A DNA stretch of 62,468 bases, counting the filler. It is 5 parts of 5 records of this genome, joined end to end, with 100 filler letters (N's around TTAATTAATTAA, not from the genome) between each part and the next. Parts side by side here need not be neighbours in the genome. Positions count along the whole stretch, not along the records: positions 27,375 to 59,298 come from SRR20825010_5511; 4 more parts are not named here. One strand, 5' to 3'. The translations under genes were made by a program, and so were the position numbers. Below, piece by piece: positions 48,417-57,974 of the stretch (within the stretch, counting starts at the first letter, position 1; the number at the start of each line of letters is the position of its first letter). Under the pieces are notes generated by a model. It did no database searches. It saw nothing but the letters and a program-made list of their open reading frames with translations, and was not told where the DNA came from.

Positions 48417-49157
48417 ATGAAACTCGAAAATAACACCGTATTAATTACCGGAGGAAGTTCAGGAGTTGGACTGGAGCTTACCCAAAGGCTAATCCAACTC
48501 AACAATAAAGTATTAATTTGTGGCAGTTCCCTCCAGAAACTAGAGCATGCAAAAGCTCAAATGCCTTCTGTCGACTATTTAGTTTGTGACTTATCTGAAG
48601 AAGAAGGCCCTACAAAACTCTTTGATTGGGTCAAGGAAAATTATCCCGCTTGCAATATTCTAGTGAACAATGCGGCCATTACTCATACACTCGATTTTCA
48701 TGATACGCCCGATATTCTGGAAGTGGCTAAAAAGGAAATTCAGGTGAATCTAATGGCTCCAATTGCACTCACAAAGCTCTTCACTCCGCTATTAGAACAA
48801 AACCCCAACCCCGCAGTGATCAACATCACTTCCGGTTTGGTCTATTCGCCTCGTGCTGTTTATCCATTTTACAGTGCGACTAAAGCTGCTTTACATTCCT
48901 TTACTCAAGTGCTCCGAATTCAATCTTCGAAACGAAACCTTGAAGTCATTGAAATACTATTACCAGTAGTAAATACGCCATGGCACAAAGGCAATCCGCC
49001 TAAAATTGCCATCCCAGTAGAAAAAGCGGTTGAAGGAATGCTTGAAGGGTTAAGAAAAGGTAAAACTGAAATTAAGGTAGCAGGAGTGAAAATTCTTTAT
49101 GCGTTATTCAGAATAGCACCCAATTTTGCACTGAAGAAAATCAACAACCTCAGTTGA
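48417..49157 (+). CDS. Short-chain dehydrogenase (DltE-like)
   Basis: TGGSSGVG, NNAA and YSATKAA motifs. Confidence 0.92.
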   Translation: MKLENNTVLITGGSSGVGLELTQRLIQLNNKVLICGSSLQKLEHAKAQMPSVDYLVCDLSEEEGPTKLFDWVKENYPACNILVNNAAITHTLDFHDTPDILEVAKKEIQVNLMAPIALTKLFTPLLEQNPNPAVINITSGLVYSPRAVYPFYSATKAALHSFTQVLRIQSSKRNLEVIEILLPVVNTPWHKGNPPKIAIPVEKAVEGMLEGLRKGKTEIKVAGVKILYALFRIAPNFALKKINNLS

Positions 49158-49159
49158 TG

Positions 49160-50077
49160 TCACTTCCTTAAAAAGTCTTGAACGTCTGCAAAAAACTGCT
49201 TTTGGTTTTCTACAAAAGGAAAGTGACCAGATTTTTGGATGATGGACAGTTGACCATTAGGGAAGCTATCAGTCATTTTTTGTGCATGAAGGCTTGCGGC
49301 TGGTTCTTCACTGCCATAAATAATGAGGGTCGGGCAAGTGATCTTCTTCAAGTCGGAATAAAGATTGAAAGCAGTTAAATCTGGCCCTAGCAAACCGAAA
49401 ATCTGACTGCGTTGCATGTAATCTTGTGGTACATAGAGCTTGAGTTTACTCAAATTTGTAGTATCGTACATTTGGGGGCGGAATGAAATGCGCAGTAGCT
49501 TTTCAATTGCTTTAGCCGGGTTAGCACTATTTAATGCACCAGACTCCATAATGGCTTGTCGATCATCACGGTCCTTATTGGTGGCCCTTTCAGAAACACG
49601 TCCTCCTTCTAATTGCCAATCGGCCACGCTAGGCGCAATGGAGTTGGAAAGTATAAGGTGATTTAAATTTTCAGGGTACTTGATTCCGTATTTCATGGCC
49701 AGTAAACCACCCCAAGAATGACCAAGCAAATCGATTTTCTCCAACTGCAAGGCCTGCCTGATTTGCTCAATGTCCTCCACAAAACCATCTAAGTTCATGG
49801 TCGCGACTTGAACCTCTACGGAAGACAGCCCGCAAGCCCTTTGATCATAAAATATAAGTTGGTAGTCTTTCGCCAGTTCTTCTAAATGAGGGAGTAAATA
49901 GGAATGATCCATTACAGGCCCTCCATGCACAATCACCAAAGGTTCGCCCTGCCCCATGGTTTTATAGTACACTTGAGAACCGTTTATTTCTAGAAAGCCT
50001 GAGGTAGTGGGGATTTCCTTATTGAACTTACAACCGAGTAAAACGGAACAAATGGCGAGTAAAAGTAGGGTTCTCAT
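49160..50077 (-). CDS. Alpha/beta hydrolase lipoprotein (proline iminopeptidase-like)
   Basis: Lipobox LLGC; HGGP, YDQR, GHSWGG and SGHFPF motifs. Confidence 0.88.
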   Translation of the reverse strand: MRTLLLLAICSVLLGCKFNKEIPTTSGFLEINGSQVYYKTMGQGEPLVIVHGGPVMDHSYLLPHLEELAKDYQLIFYDQRACGLSSVEVQVATMNLDGFVEDIEQIRQALQLEKIDLLGHSWGGLLAMKYGIKYPENLNHLILSNSIAPSVADWQLEGGRVSERATNKDRDDRQAIMESGALNSANPAKAIEKLLRISFRPQMYDTTNLSKLKLYVPQDYMQRSQIFGLLGPDLTAFNLYSDLKKITCPTLIIYGSEEPAASLHAQKMTDSFPNGQLSIIQKSGHFPFVENQKQFFADVQDFLRK

Positions 50078-50191
50078 AAAAAAATCATTAAAAATAGATC
50101 CTTCGTTCCTCAGGATGAAAAACAGTGAGCGCAAACTTCCTGAATCATATTAAGCCTTAGAGTTCCTTGTTCTTTTAACGATTTTACTCTG

Positions 50192-50545
50192 TTAACCACC
50201 TACCCTTTTCGCGTTGTAGCCTTCGAATTGAAGCAGTTGGAGTATTTTATCTCTAAAATCTCCTTGAATTAGAATCTCGCCATCTTTGGCAGACCCGCCT
50301 ACACCACATTTTTGTTTGAGTAATTTACCAAGGTCTTTCAAGTCATCATCGGTGCCGATAAAGCCTTCTACAAGGGTCACTTGCTTCCCTCCACGGCTTT
50401 TTTTATCCAACATCACCTTCAACTTTTGAGCACCTGGCTCTAGCGTCTCTTGTGTAAAGCTGTTTTCGTATTCATACTGATAATCATCGCTGGTAGAATA
50501 GACTACTCCAGAACGCCCCTTATCTCGGTTACTTTTTTTGGCCAT
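50192..50545 (-). CDS. yciH: Translation initiation factor SUI1/YciH
   Basis: VVYST, RGGKQVT and [17 protein letters not shown] motifs. Confidence 0.92.
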   Translation of the reverse strand: MAKKSNRDKGRSGVVYSTSDDYQYEYENSFTQETLEPGAQKLKVMLDKKSRGGKQVTLVEGFIGTDDDLKDLGKLLKQKCGVGGSAKDGEILIQGDFRDKILQLLQFEGYNAKRVGG

Positions 50546-50607
50546 ATTCAAAAATAAGAAAGCCCGAGCAATTTCGAGCTTAATAGGTTGAAATTCTGGT
50601 TTTGAAT

Positions 50608-51465
50608 CTATCGATCCTTATTTTTTCTAGAGAGTGTCCACACCGGAATTTGAGAATGATTCACCAAATCCTCAGCAATACTTCCGCTTAATAAATGTAG
50701 CAAGCCAGTTCGCCCGTGTGTGCCAATGGCTATCATATCGGCATTGACGTCTTCGGCATAGGCCAAAATCCCCTCTTCTTCAGAAGTCTCATTATAAATA
50801 GCAGTGTGCACATTGGCCAATTGATGGTCGTTGATATAGCGAACAAACTCACTTTGCATTTGCCGCTGCGTATGAAAATCGTTGGTGGTGTTAATTTTTA
50901 CCAAGTGCAATTTTGCTCCTGTTAAAGTCTGTATCTTTTTAAGTTCCTCAATCAACCTTGATTGTACTTCACGTAAGTTCGTGGCCAAAACTATGTTTTG
51001 AATAGACTGTAATTTCACTTCGGACTTAATCGTGATTACCGGACATTTGGCATGGCGCACCACTTTTTCAGTATTCGACCCGATTAAAACTTCATCAATA
51101 CCGCTTGCGCCTTTTGAACCCATCACAACCAAATCCGCCTTATGGTCAGCAATCGCTTTTGAAATACTCTGGTATGGATTCCCAATCTCCACGGATCCCG
51201 AAATATCAACCCCAGAATAAGCATTACTACCTATTAGGTTGGTCATGTTTTCTTTAGTCTTGTCGAGCAGCTGTTTTAAGAAAAAATAATCTTCCGACTC
51301 ATTTGCAAAGCCATCGCCCATGGTATTAAAAGTGTGGTTTTGAGGCCCTTCAATAATATTAATGGCTTGAATTTGAAGCTTTCCTTTTCTGGCCAACTGA
51401 GCAGCGAAATTTAAAGCGTGTTTCGATTGTTCCGAAAAATCTATAGGTACGAGAATGGTTTTCAT
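50608..51465 (-). CDS. Tandem-domain universal stress protein
   Basis: [17 protein letters not shown] and GTHGRTG...GSIAEDLVN motifs. Confidence 0.93.
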   Translation of the reverse strand: MKTILVPIDFSEQSKHALNFAAQLARKGKLQIQAINIIEGPQNHTFNTMGDGFANESEDYFFLKQLLDKTKENMTNLIGSNAYSGVDISGSVEIGNPYQSISKAIADHKADLVVMGSKGASGIDEVLIGSNTEKVVRHAKCPVITIKSEVKLQSIQNIVLATNLREVQSRLIEELKKIQTLTGAKLHLVKINTTNDFHTQRQMQSEFVRYINDHQLANVHTAIYNETSEEEGILAYAEDVNADMIAIGTHGRTGLLHLLSGSIAEDLVNHSQIPVWTLSRKNKDR

Positions 51466-51742
51466 GGCTTTAGGTTTTATTTATTACTTATTCACAACCA
51501 TGAATTACCGAAAATGGTTAGATAATTTTGATGATGTAGGTCATGTTTTGAACTGATATAGGCTTTAAAATGTAATCCCTTCCCCCAAATCGAAATCTTA
51601 AATAAGTCACAATCACAACTCAACAATGCCAATATTTAATAATTAGAAGAAGAATATTTGGCTGCTAATCGCGATGATATCCCTAACTTTGCGACCGTTT
51701 ACCCAATGAGGGAGAACAATTGAAAAAGCGGAAAACACGAAT

Positions 51743-52966
51743 ATGAAAGAAGTTTATAGAAAATCCATCAACCTACATAACGACCTTAAAGGTAAAATCG
51801 AAATCACGAATAAAATGGATGTCAATAGCAAGGAAGACCTTTCTTTGCTTTATTCCCCAGGAGTTGCCCAACCTTGTTTAGAAATTGAGAAAAATCCAGA
51901 ACTGGCTTATGACATGACCATTAAAGGCAACACCATTGCCGTGGTCACCAACGGAACAGCAGTTTTAGGCTTGGGTAATATAGGTGCTTTGGCATCGCTT
52001 CCTGTGATGGAAGGAAAAGCCATGCTATTCAAAAAATTTGCAGGAATAAATGCCTTCCCAATCTGCTTGGATTGTACAGATACCGATGATATTATTGATA
52101 CGATCAGACGAATAGCGCCAGTTTTTGGAGGCATAAATCTAGAAGATATTAAGGCGCCAGAGAGCTTTATAATTGAAGAGAAGTTACAAGACCTTGGCAT
52201 TCCTGTTTTTCATGATGACCAACATGGAACCGCCATTGTAACCCTTGCGGCTTTGATCAATGCGGCTAAAGTAGTAGGCAAAAAAGTAGAAGACATGAAA
52301 GTGGTGATCAACGGAGCTGGTGCTGCGGGAATTGCAATCGCCAAGCTTCTGCGTTGCTATAATGTAGAATCTGAACTTTGTGTTTCGATTAAACAACTGA
52401 TTGTTGCCGATAGCCAAGGTGCTATTCACAGAAGAAGACACGAACTGAATTCAGCCAAAACTGAACTTTTGAAATACTCTAACTTCCAAGATGTTGAAGG
52501 CGATATTCATGAGATCATTAAAGGAGCCGATGTATTTATTGGTGTAAGTAAAGGAGATGTACTTACCAAAGAAGACATTCAGAATATGGCCAAAGATCCT
52601 ATCATTTTTGCCATGGCCAATCCTGAGCCTGAAATTCACCCAGAAGAAGCTTTTAAAGGTGGAGCAGCCATTGTAGGCACAGGTAGAAGTGACTATCCTA
52701 ACCAGATCAATAACGTTTTGGCTTTCCCTGGCATTTTCAAAGGTGCTTTGAAAGCACGTGCAAAAACCATTAGCACCGAAATGAAATTAGCCGCGGCTTT
52801 CGCCATTGCAAAAAGCGTTGAGCACCCAACAAAAGATCAAGTGATTCCTTCTGCGTTAGATACTTCTTTGGCCGATGTGGTGGCCAATGCGGTAGAGCAA
52901 GCAGTCTATCATGAAAGAGAATTAGAGGCAGAAATTGAGCGAGAAGAAGCCAAACTGAAAGGCTAA
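51743..52966 (+). CDS. NAD(P)-dependent malic enzyme (short form, no PTA domain)
   Basis: YSPGVA, PVMEGK, NLEDI, HDDQHGTA, GAGAAG and TGRSDYPNQINN motifs. Confidence 0.95.
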   Translation: MKEVYRKSINLHNDLKGKIEITNKMDVNSKEDLSLLYSPGVAQPCLEIEKNPELAYDMTIKGNTIAVVTNGTAVLGLGNIGALASLPVMEGKAMLFKKFAGINAFPICLDCTDTDDIIDTIRRIAPVFGGINLEDIKAPESFIIEEKLQDLGIPVFHDDQHGTAIVTLAALINAAKVVGKKVEDMKVVINGAGAAGIAIAKLLRCYNVESELCVSIKQLIVADSQGAIHRRRHELNSAKTELLKYSNFQDVEGDIHEIIKGADVFIGVSKGDVLTKEDIQNMAKDPIIFAMANPEPEIHPEEAFKGGAAIVGTGRSDYPNQINNVLAFPGIFKGALKARAKTISTEMKLAAAFAIAKSVEHPTKDQVIPSALDTSLADVVANAVEQAVYHERELEAEIEREEAKLKG

Positions 52967-53047
52967 AATGGCATAGCTGGTTGTGCGATTGTTCATTCCC
53001 CGACATTTGATGAATAAACTTTGAACCAGCAGACGCTATGCTGGGTT

Positions 53048-53093
53048 AAATTGAGGTAAGCTTTCGAAAACTGGAATAGCTTACCTCAATTTT
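53048..53093 (+). terminator. 15-bp perfect inverted repeat, probable terminator
   Basis: AAATTGAGGTAAGCT-N15-AGCTTACCTCAATTT. Confidence 0.6.
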
Positions 53094-53105
53094 AAGTTAG
53101 AGCCT

Positions 53106-53387
53106 ATGAAAGCCATTTGGAACGAAGAAGTAATTGCAGAAAGTAACGACACCATTGTAATTGAAGGGAACCATTACTTCCCCCACGATTCAATCAAGAA
53201 GGAGTATTTTACAGAAACAGACACGCATACTACTTGCCCTTGGAAAGGCGTGGCCAGCTATTACACCATCGAAGTAAACGGTAGCGAAAACCCAGATGCG
53301 GCTTGGTTTTATCCAGAAACCAAAGAGTTAGCCAAAGGAATTAAAAATTATGTGGCTTTTTGGCGAGGGGTTAAAGTTGAGGAATAG
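53106..53387 (+). CDS. DUF427 domain protein
   Basis: EGNHYFP, TTCPWKGVASYY and AAWFYP motifs. Confidence 0.92.
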   Translation: MKAIWNEEVIAESNDTIVIEGNHYFPHDSIKKEYFTETDTHTTCPWKGVASYYTIEVNGSENPDAAWFYPETKELAKGIKNYVAFWRGVKVEE

Positions 53388-53407
53388 ACATTAATCCCAT
53401 TTTGAAA

Positions 53408-53440
53408 AAACGTGTCAGGTTTTGAAAACTTGACACGTTT
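53408..53440. repeat. Palindrome between convergent genes (REP-like or bidirectional terminator)
   Basis: AAACGTGTCAGGTTTT-G-AAAACTTGACACGTTT. Confidence 0.7.
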
Positions 53441-53457
53441 AGTAAGACAGCAGGTAA

Positions 53458-53826
53458 CTACTGCTTACTAACCACCATCTGCTCCAGATTGGCCAGTCGC
53501 TGTTGAACTTCCAGCAAACTTGTGGTCCGCATTCTTAGGAATACACCTATTGTGCTTAGTATGGCAACAATGAGACATAGACCTCCCAATACTATAGCAA
53601 AGGGCACAACAGTATCAATTACCATTTGACGTGACACGATACCCTTACCATATAGCTCCACCATTCTGCTCAGGTCAATTAAAGTGAGTGTGAGAAAAAA
53701 AAGTAGCATCACTACTGTGCCAATCCATCCTATTTTGCTTACGCGCTTTACAAAAACATCTTTCTTTTTTTCTCGGTCAATCATTTCCCAGATCGCATCC
53801 TTTGATTTTTCATTCATCTTTGTCAT
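53458..53826 (-). CDS. Two-TM protein, putative anti-sigma factor
   Basis: Overlaps the ECF sigma stop; two TM helices and a C-terminal heptad segment. Confidence 0.7.
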   Translation of the reverse strand: MTKMNEKSKDAIWEMIDREKKKDVFVKRVSKIGWIGTVVMLLFFLTLTLIDLSRMVELYGKGIVSRQMVIDTVVPFAIVLGGLCLIVAILSTIGVFLRMRTTSLLEVQQRLANLEQMVVSKQ

Positions 53827-54400
53827 AGCTTTCTATTTTTATGTTTATCAGATATTTGAGTTTCATTTTTGCATTGTGCATTCTCGACTTTATTGTTCCG
53901 ACCGAACAACCGGTAATCAGTCCAATCTCTTCATAATCCATACCCTCCAAAAAACTTAGGATCAAAACCTCTCTGTGCCGTTGAGAAAGCTTATCTAAAC
54001 ATGCCCTCAACCTCATTTTTAATTCTTGATCTTCACCATCATCAAAGGGCTGTTCTTCACCCACCTCCTCTGGCGCCAATTGTGTAGCCTCTTGTAATTC
54101 GCATAGTTTTTTGTTTTGTCGGAAGTAATCTAATGCCCTATTTCTGGCAATTTGGAACAGCCACATTCTAAAGCCTTTCGCGTTGGTCAGAGAAGCAATT
54201 CTGCGGTAAACTGTCAACCATACCTCTTGATTCAAGTCTTCCGCCTCAATACTCTTCACCAAGCCCTTTAAAAAAGCAAAGGTTCTAGGCTTGTATCGAG
54301 AATATAATTGTCGGAAAGCCGTCTCATCACCAGCCTGACAACGTAAAACCCAAAACTCTTCTTGGATTTTGTTATCTCCCTGATTGTGATCTGCTTCCAT
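53810..54400 (-). CDS. ECF RNA polymerase sigma factor
   Basis: GDETAF, AEDLNQEVW, WLFQIARNRALD and YEEI...SVGTIKSRMHNAK motifs. Confidence 0.93.
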   Translation of the reverse strand: MEADHNQGDNKIQEEFWVLRCQAGDETAFRQLYSRYKPRTFAFLKGLVKSIEAEDLNQEVWLTVYRRIASLTNAKGFRMWLFQIARNRALDYFRQNKKLCELQEATQLAPEEVGEEQPFDDGEDQELKMRLRACLDKLSQRHREVLILSFLEGMDYEEIGLITGCSVGTIKSRMHNAKMKLKYLINIKIESYDKDE

Positions 54401-54503
54401 TATTCTATAAATTATAAATAACCCGCAGCAAGAGACGTCTGATTTTTTGAATGGTTCATTTTTGGAAGAAGAAAAATGTGTTAGGTGCTAAAACCTAACG
54501 TTT

Positions 54504-55274
54504 TTACAGCAACAACATGTTGTCACTCTTCATACTTTCGAGGGCTTCTTTTTTATACTTTCTACCCACAGGAAATTTTTGGTCTTGAATTTTGACATAA
54601 TCGTAGCCAAAGGCTTCTATTCTATTTTTATTCACCAGATAAGATCGATGAACTCGAATAAACCACTCTGGAAGCATTTTCTCTAATCCGCTTATTTTTT
54701 CCTTTGTAATAGTAACTCCGGTAGTTGTATTGATTTTGACATAATCGGCAAGGCTTTCCACATAGAGAATATCATCAATCGCAATTGAAATAGCTTCTCT
54801 ATTTGACCTTACTGTGATGATCTGTAAGAGGTTTTTCTGATTTGCTTCTTCCAAAGCAGCCATCCTAGCTTCATGCTTAAGGTTTGATCGATATACCCGT
54901 ATAAAAGAGAACAAAATTACAACAAAGTAGATAATGACTCCTAACTGTAATACGTCCCCAGCAATAGGGCTCATCCGACTCTTGTCAAAGTCAGTTAGAA
55001 AAATAAATGCCCCCATGGCAATTACCCCAGTTAAAAAAACAGAGCCCACAACGGTGTAAAAAGTATAGAGTATAAACCAAAAGTGCTTTTTGGTTTCGAG
55101 GTACCTAGGCACCAAATAAAGGTTAAAAAAATAAGAAGTGGCAATCGCCACAGGCATAAGCATGGAGGTGAAGTAAAAGGAATCAAGATAATTACTCCAC
55201 TTCAAACCAAACAATATGTTTAAAAAAGCAAATACAAATACCCAGAATATGACTTGACGATAATGTTTGATCAT
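54504..55274 (-). CDS. Membrane-anchored LytTR transcription regulator (4 TM + LytTR, no receiver domain)
   Basis: Four N-terminal hydrophobic helices; DILYVESLADYVKI, FIRVHRSYLVN and PVGRKYK LytTR motifs. Confidence 0.88.
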   Translation of the reverse strand: MIKHYRQVIFWVFVFAFLNILFGLKWSNYLDSFYFTSMLMPVAIATSYFFNLYLVPRYLETKKHFWFILYTFYTVVGSVFLTGVIAMGAFIFLTDFDKSRMSPIAGDVLQLGVIIYFVVILFSFIRVYRSNLKHEARMAALEEANQKNLLQIITVRSNREAISIAIDDILYVESLADYVKINTTTGVTITKEKISGLEKMLPEWFIRVHRSYLVNKNRIEAFGYDYVKIQDQKFPVGRKYKKEALESMKSDNMLLL

Positions 55275-55433
55275 TATCCAAGATTAATTAAAACGCTAAC
55301 TAATTCCGCAACTTTCTTACTATTTTAAGCCAAATATCGACTAACGACAGGTATACAGATGGATATGACTTACACATTGTAGAGCTTCCTTAATAGCTTT
55401 GAAAGCAAGCTTTAACCCTTAAATATTCAAATT

Positions 55434-55811
55434 ATGCTAGAGTTATTTTTTTTAGGAAGTAAGTTGTTCATGGGCATACAAACGACCGTTGCCGTAATCA
55501 TGGTCGTTCAGTCGGTTTTTAGTACTAAAAACGTTTTAGCCAATCAGGTGAATGAGAATTCACAACGAAAGATAAGCCTCATAAAGGAGGTTGGTTTATT
55601 TGCGCTCATTATAGGTATACTCGCCAGCGCTCTTGATTTGACAAGTGCATTTCAGGCCATTGAAGCGGCAGGCGATATTCACCCAGGAGTATTAGCTGGG
55701 GGTTTGAAACTCACTTTCGTCCCGACTATCTACGGACTGATGATCTACGCTTTGTCATTACTCATTTATTTTATTCTAAGGGCGCAGGCCAATAAAGCGC
55801 CCGCAGAATAA
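55434..55811 (+). CDS. Small MotA/TolQ/ExbB-like membrane protein
   Basis: Three TM; GLFALIIGIL...AFQAIEAAG...LAGGLK...TIYGL matches ExbB TM2-TM3. Confidence 0.75.
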   Translation: MLELFFLGSKLFMGIQTTVAVIMVVQSVFSTKNVLANQVNENSQRKISLIKEVGLFALIIGILASALDLTSAFQAIEAAGDIHPGVLAGGLKLTFVPTIYGLMIYALSLLIYFILRAQANKAPAE

Positions 55812-55919
55812 TATATCAGGCTTCCTTTTATCGACCCGCTCTCGGGCTTTTCAAAACAATCAATCCGATGTGATTTTTTGTCACTCTATTTTTAATCAAT
55901 CTTATAAAGCCATAATTCT

Positions 55920-57074
55920 ATGAAGTATACTTTACATTTCTTCGTAATATCTATCCTTTTGAGCTCTTGCTCAGGTGGACAAGAAAGTCAGTCGTCAAAA
56001 GAAACAAACATTCCTTCTGACGATTTTAAATCAATCCCCATCAATCTTGATGCAGAAGAGGTGAAATTAGCTTCGGCCATTGAAGCCGTAGAAATAATGC
56101 AGTTTGAAGAGGGGAATGAAGGCCTTGTTGATAAAATCGATTTATTATCCGAGTCTTCAGAGTATTTTATTCTAGTCAGCAGGGGCTATTCAACTATTTT
56201 TATTTTTGATAAACAGGGTAAGTTTATTAGGGATTTCGATCACAAAGGGAATGGCCCAGAGGAATATCAACCTATTTTAAATTTATGGCAAGAAGGAGGT
56301 CATATTGTAGTTTACAGCAGTATTGATAATAGAGCTTTGAAATACGACATTGAAGGCAATTTTATTGCTGCCTACAAAATGGAATATCCCTACACCAATG
56401 TTTTCCCTCAAAAGAATGGATATGTGGCAAACCTCAATACAGATGACCTAGATGATAGGCTCGTATTTCTGGATGAAAATTTTAAAATGAAGAACTCTGC
56501 ACTTCCTCATTCTGCGAGACAAGATTTCATGCAATTCACATACAACACTTTCAATGAGTATAAAGGAAAGGTAGATTATAGGACAGTAATGAGTGACACG
56601 ATTTTTCTGATAGAGCGAGACCAAGTAAGACCTCTGATTAAACTGAATTATGGCGATAATTGGATGTGGGAAGATCCAGCCATATTGAGTGACGTTGAGA
56701 AAGCCATGGGATTGCTTAATACCGAAGAAAAAGTATGGATGCTTTATTCTCATTTGGTGGGCGAAAGGTATTTATATCTATGGTCGAGCCTTAGCTTTAG
56801 AAGCGGAGGTGAACTTAAGAGTATAGTCGACCGTGAAACTGGGGCTCAATTTGCTCTGGATGTTTCCAAAGCTGAAAAGGAGTTCTACTCTTTTACGCCT
56901 ATAAAATGGGATGGTGACAGAATACTGGCCTCTATGGCCTCCTATGATGCTGTTGAGATCATTGAGAAGCTAGCGCCAGAGCAAGTTGAATATAGAACAG
57001 GAACAACACTTGAAGAAATAGAATCGAACGAAAACCCAGTTTTAATGTGGGTGAAGTTTACGGACTTCAACTAA
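55920..57074 (+). CDS. 6-bladed beta-propeller lipoprotein (DUF5128-like)
   Basis: Lipobox LSSC; IFIFDKQGKF, GNGPEEY and C-terminal ENPVL motifs. Confidence 0.8.
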   Translation: MKYTLHFFVISILLSSCSGGQESQSSKETNIPSDDFKSIPINLDAEEVKLASAIEAVEIMQFEEGNEGLVDKIDLLSESSEYFILVSRGYSTIFIFDKQGKFIRDFDHKGNGPEEYQPILNLWQEGGHIVVYSSIDNRALKYDIEGNFIAAYKMEYPYTNVFPQKNGYVANLNTDDLDDRLVFLDENFKMKNSALPHSARQDFMQFTYNTFNEYKGKVDYRTVMSDTIFLIERDQVRPLIKLNYGDNWMWEDPAILSDVEKAMGLLNTEEKVWMLYSHLVGERYLYLWSSLSFRSGGELKSIVDRETGAQFALDVSKAEKEFYSFTPIKWDGDRILASMASYDAVEIIEKLAPEQVEYRTGTTLEEIESNENPVLMWVKFTDFN

Positions 57075-57114
57075 GTCGAGATAATTACAACACAGTCTTC
57101 ATTTTGAATACAGC

Positions 57115-57147
57115 AAAAATCCCCAGCCTATTGCTAGACTGGGGATT
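57115..57147 (-). terminator. Terminator after sdhB
   Basis: Minus strand AATCCCCAGTCTAG-CAA-TAGGCTGGGGATTTTT. Confidence 0.75.
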
Positions 57148-57172
57148 GATTTATTCAATCAAATTGTCTTTC

Positions 57173-57946
57173 TTATTGTTTGTCGGCTGTAAAGCTGGCA
57201 CTCATGTATTCACGGTTCATACGTGCGATATTCTCCAGACTAATGCCTTTAGGACATTCTACTTCGCATGCACCGGTGTTAGAGCAGTTACCAAAACCTT
57301 CATCGTCCATTTGTTGCACCATGTTCAGTACACGCTCTTTTGCCTCTACTTTACCTTGAGGTAATAGCGCAAATTGCGATACTTTGGCAGAAACAAATAG
57401 CATGGCCGAAGAGTTTTTACATGACGCTACACAGGCTCCGCAGCCAATACAAGTAGCGGCATCAAACGCCTTATCAGCATCTGCCTTTGGAATTGGAATG
57501 GCATTGGCATCTTGGGTGTTTCCTGAAGTGTTCACACTCACAAAACCACCAGCAGCCATAATACGATCAAAAGCACCTCTGTCCACAACCAAATCCTTGA
57601 TTACAGGAAATGCCTTTGCTCTCCATGGTTCGATGTAAATAGTCTCGCCATTTTTAAATTCACGCATGTGCAGTTGGCAAGTCGTAATTTCTCTACCTGG
57701 GCCGTGCGCTTCTCCATTAATATACATGGAACAACTTCCGCAAATACCCTCTCTACAATCGTGATCAAAGGCTACAGGATCACTCCCGTCATTGATCAGC
57801 TTCTCATTGAGAATATCCATCATTTCAAGAAAAGAGCTATCTGGAGAAATATCAGCTACCTGATAGGTTTCCATTTGGCCTTTCGCTTTATCGTTTTTTT
57901 GTCTCCAAACTTTCAGTGTTAGATTCAATCCGTTTGTTGTTGACAT
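57173..57946 (-). CDS. sdhB: Succinate dehydrogenase/fumarate reductase iron-sulfur subunit
   Basis: [20 protein letters not shown] and [12 protein letters not shown] cysteine clusters. Confidence 0.95.
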   Translation of the reverse strand: MSTTNGLNLTLKVWRQKNDKAKGQMETYQVADISPDSSFLEMMDILNEKLINDGSDPVAFDHDCREGICGSCSMYINGEAHGPGREITTCQLHMREFKNGETIYIEPWRAKAFPVIKDLVVDRGAFDRIMAAGGFVSVNTSGNTQDANAIPIPKADADKAFDAATCIGCGACVASCKNSSAMLFVSAKVSQFALLPQGKVEAKERVLNMVQQMDDEGFGNCSNTGACEVECPKGISLENIARMNREYMSASFTADKQ

Positions 57947-57974
57947 ATTTTCTGATTCTTAAATTCTCAATTAA

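Noticed and set aside
52971..53047. 6S or SRP RNA identity for the structured spacer
   Set aside because: No SRP GGAA-loop consensus, too short for a clear 6S fold, and the usual gene context is missing; kept only as an unassigned structure.
55434..55811. Zorya (ZorA-like) defence system
   Set aside because: No long ZorA tail and no ZorB/OmpA, helicase or nuclease genes adjacent.
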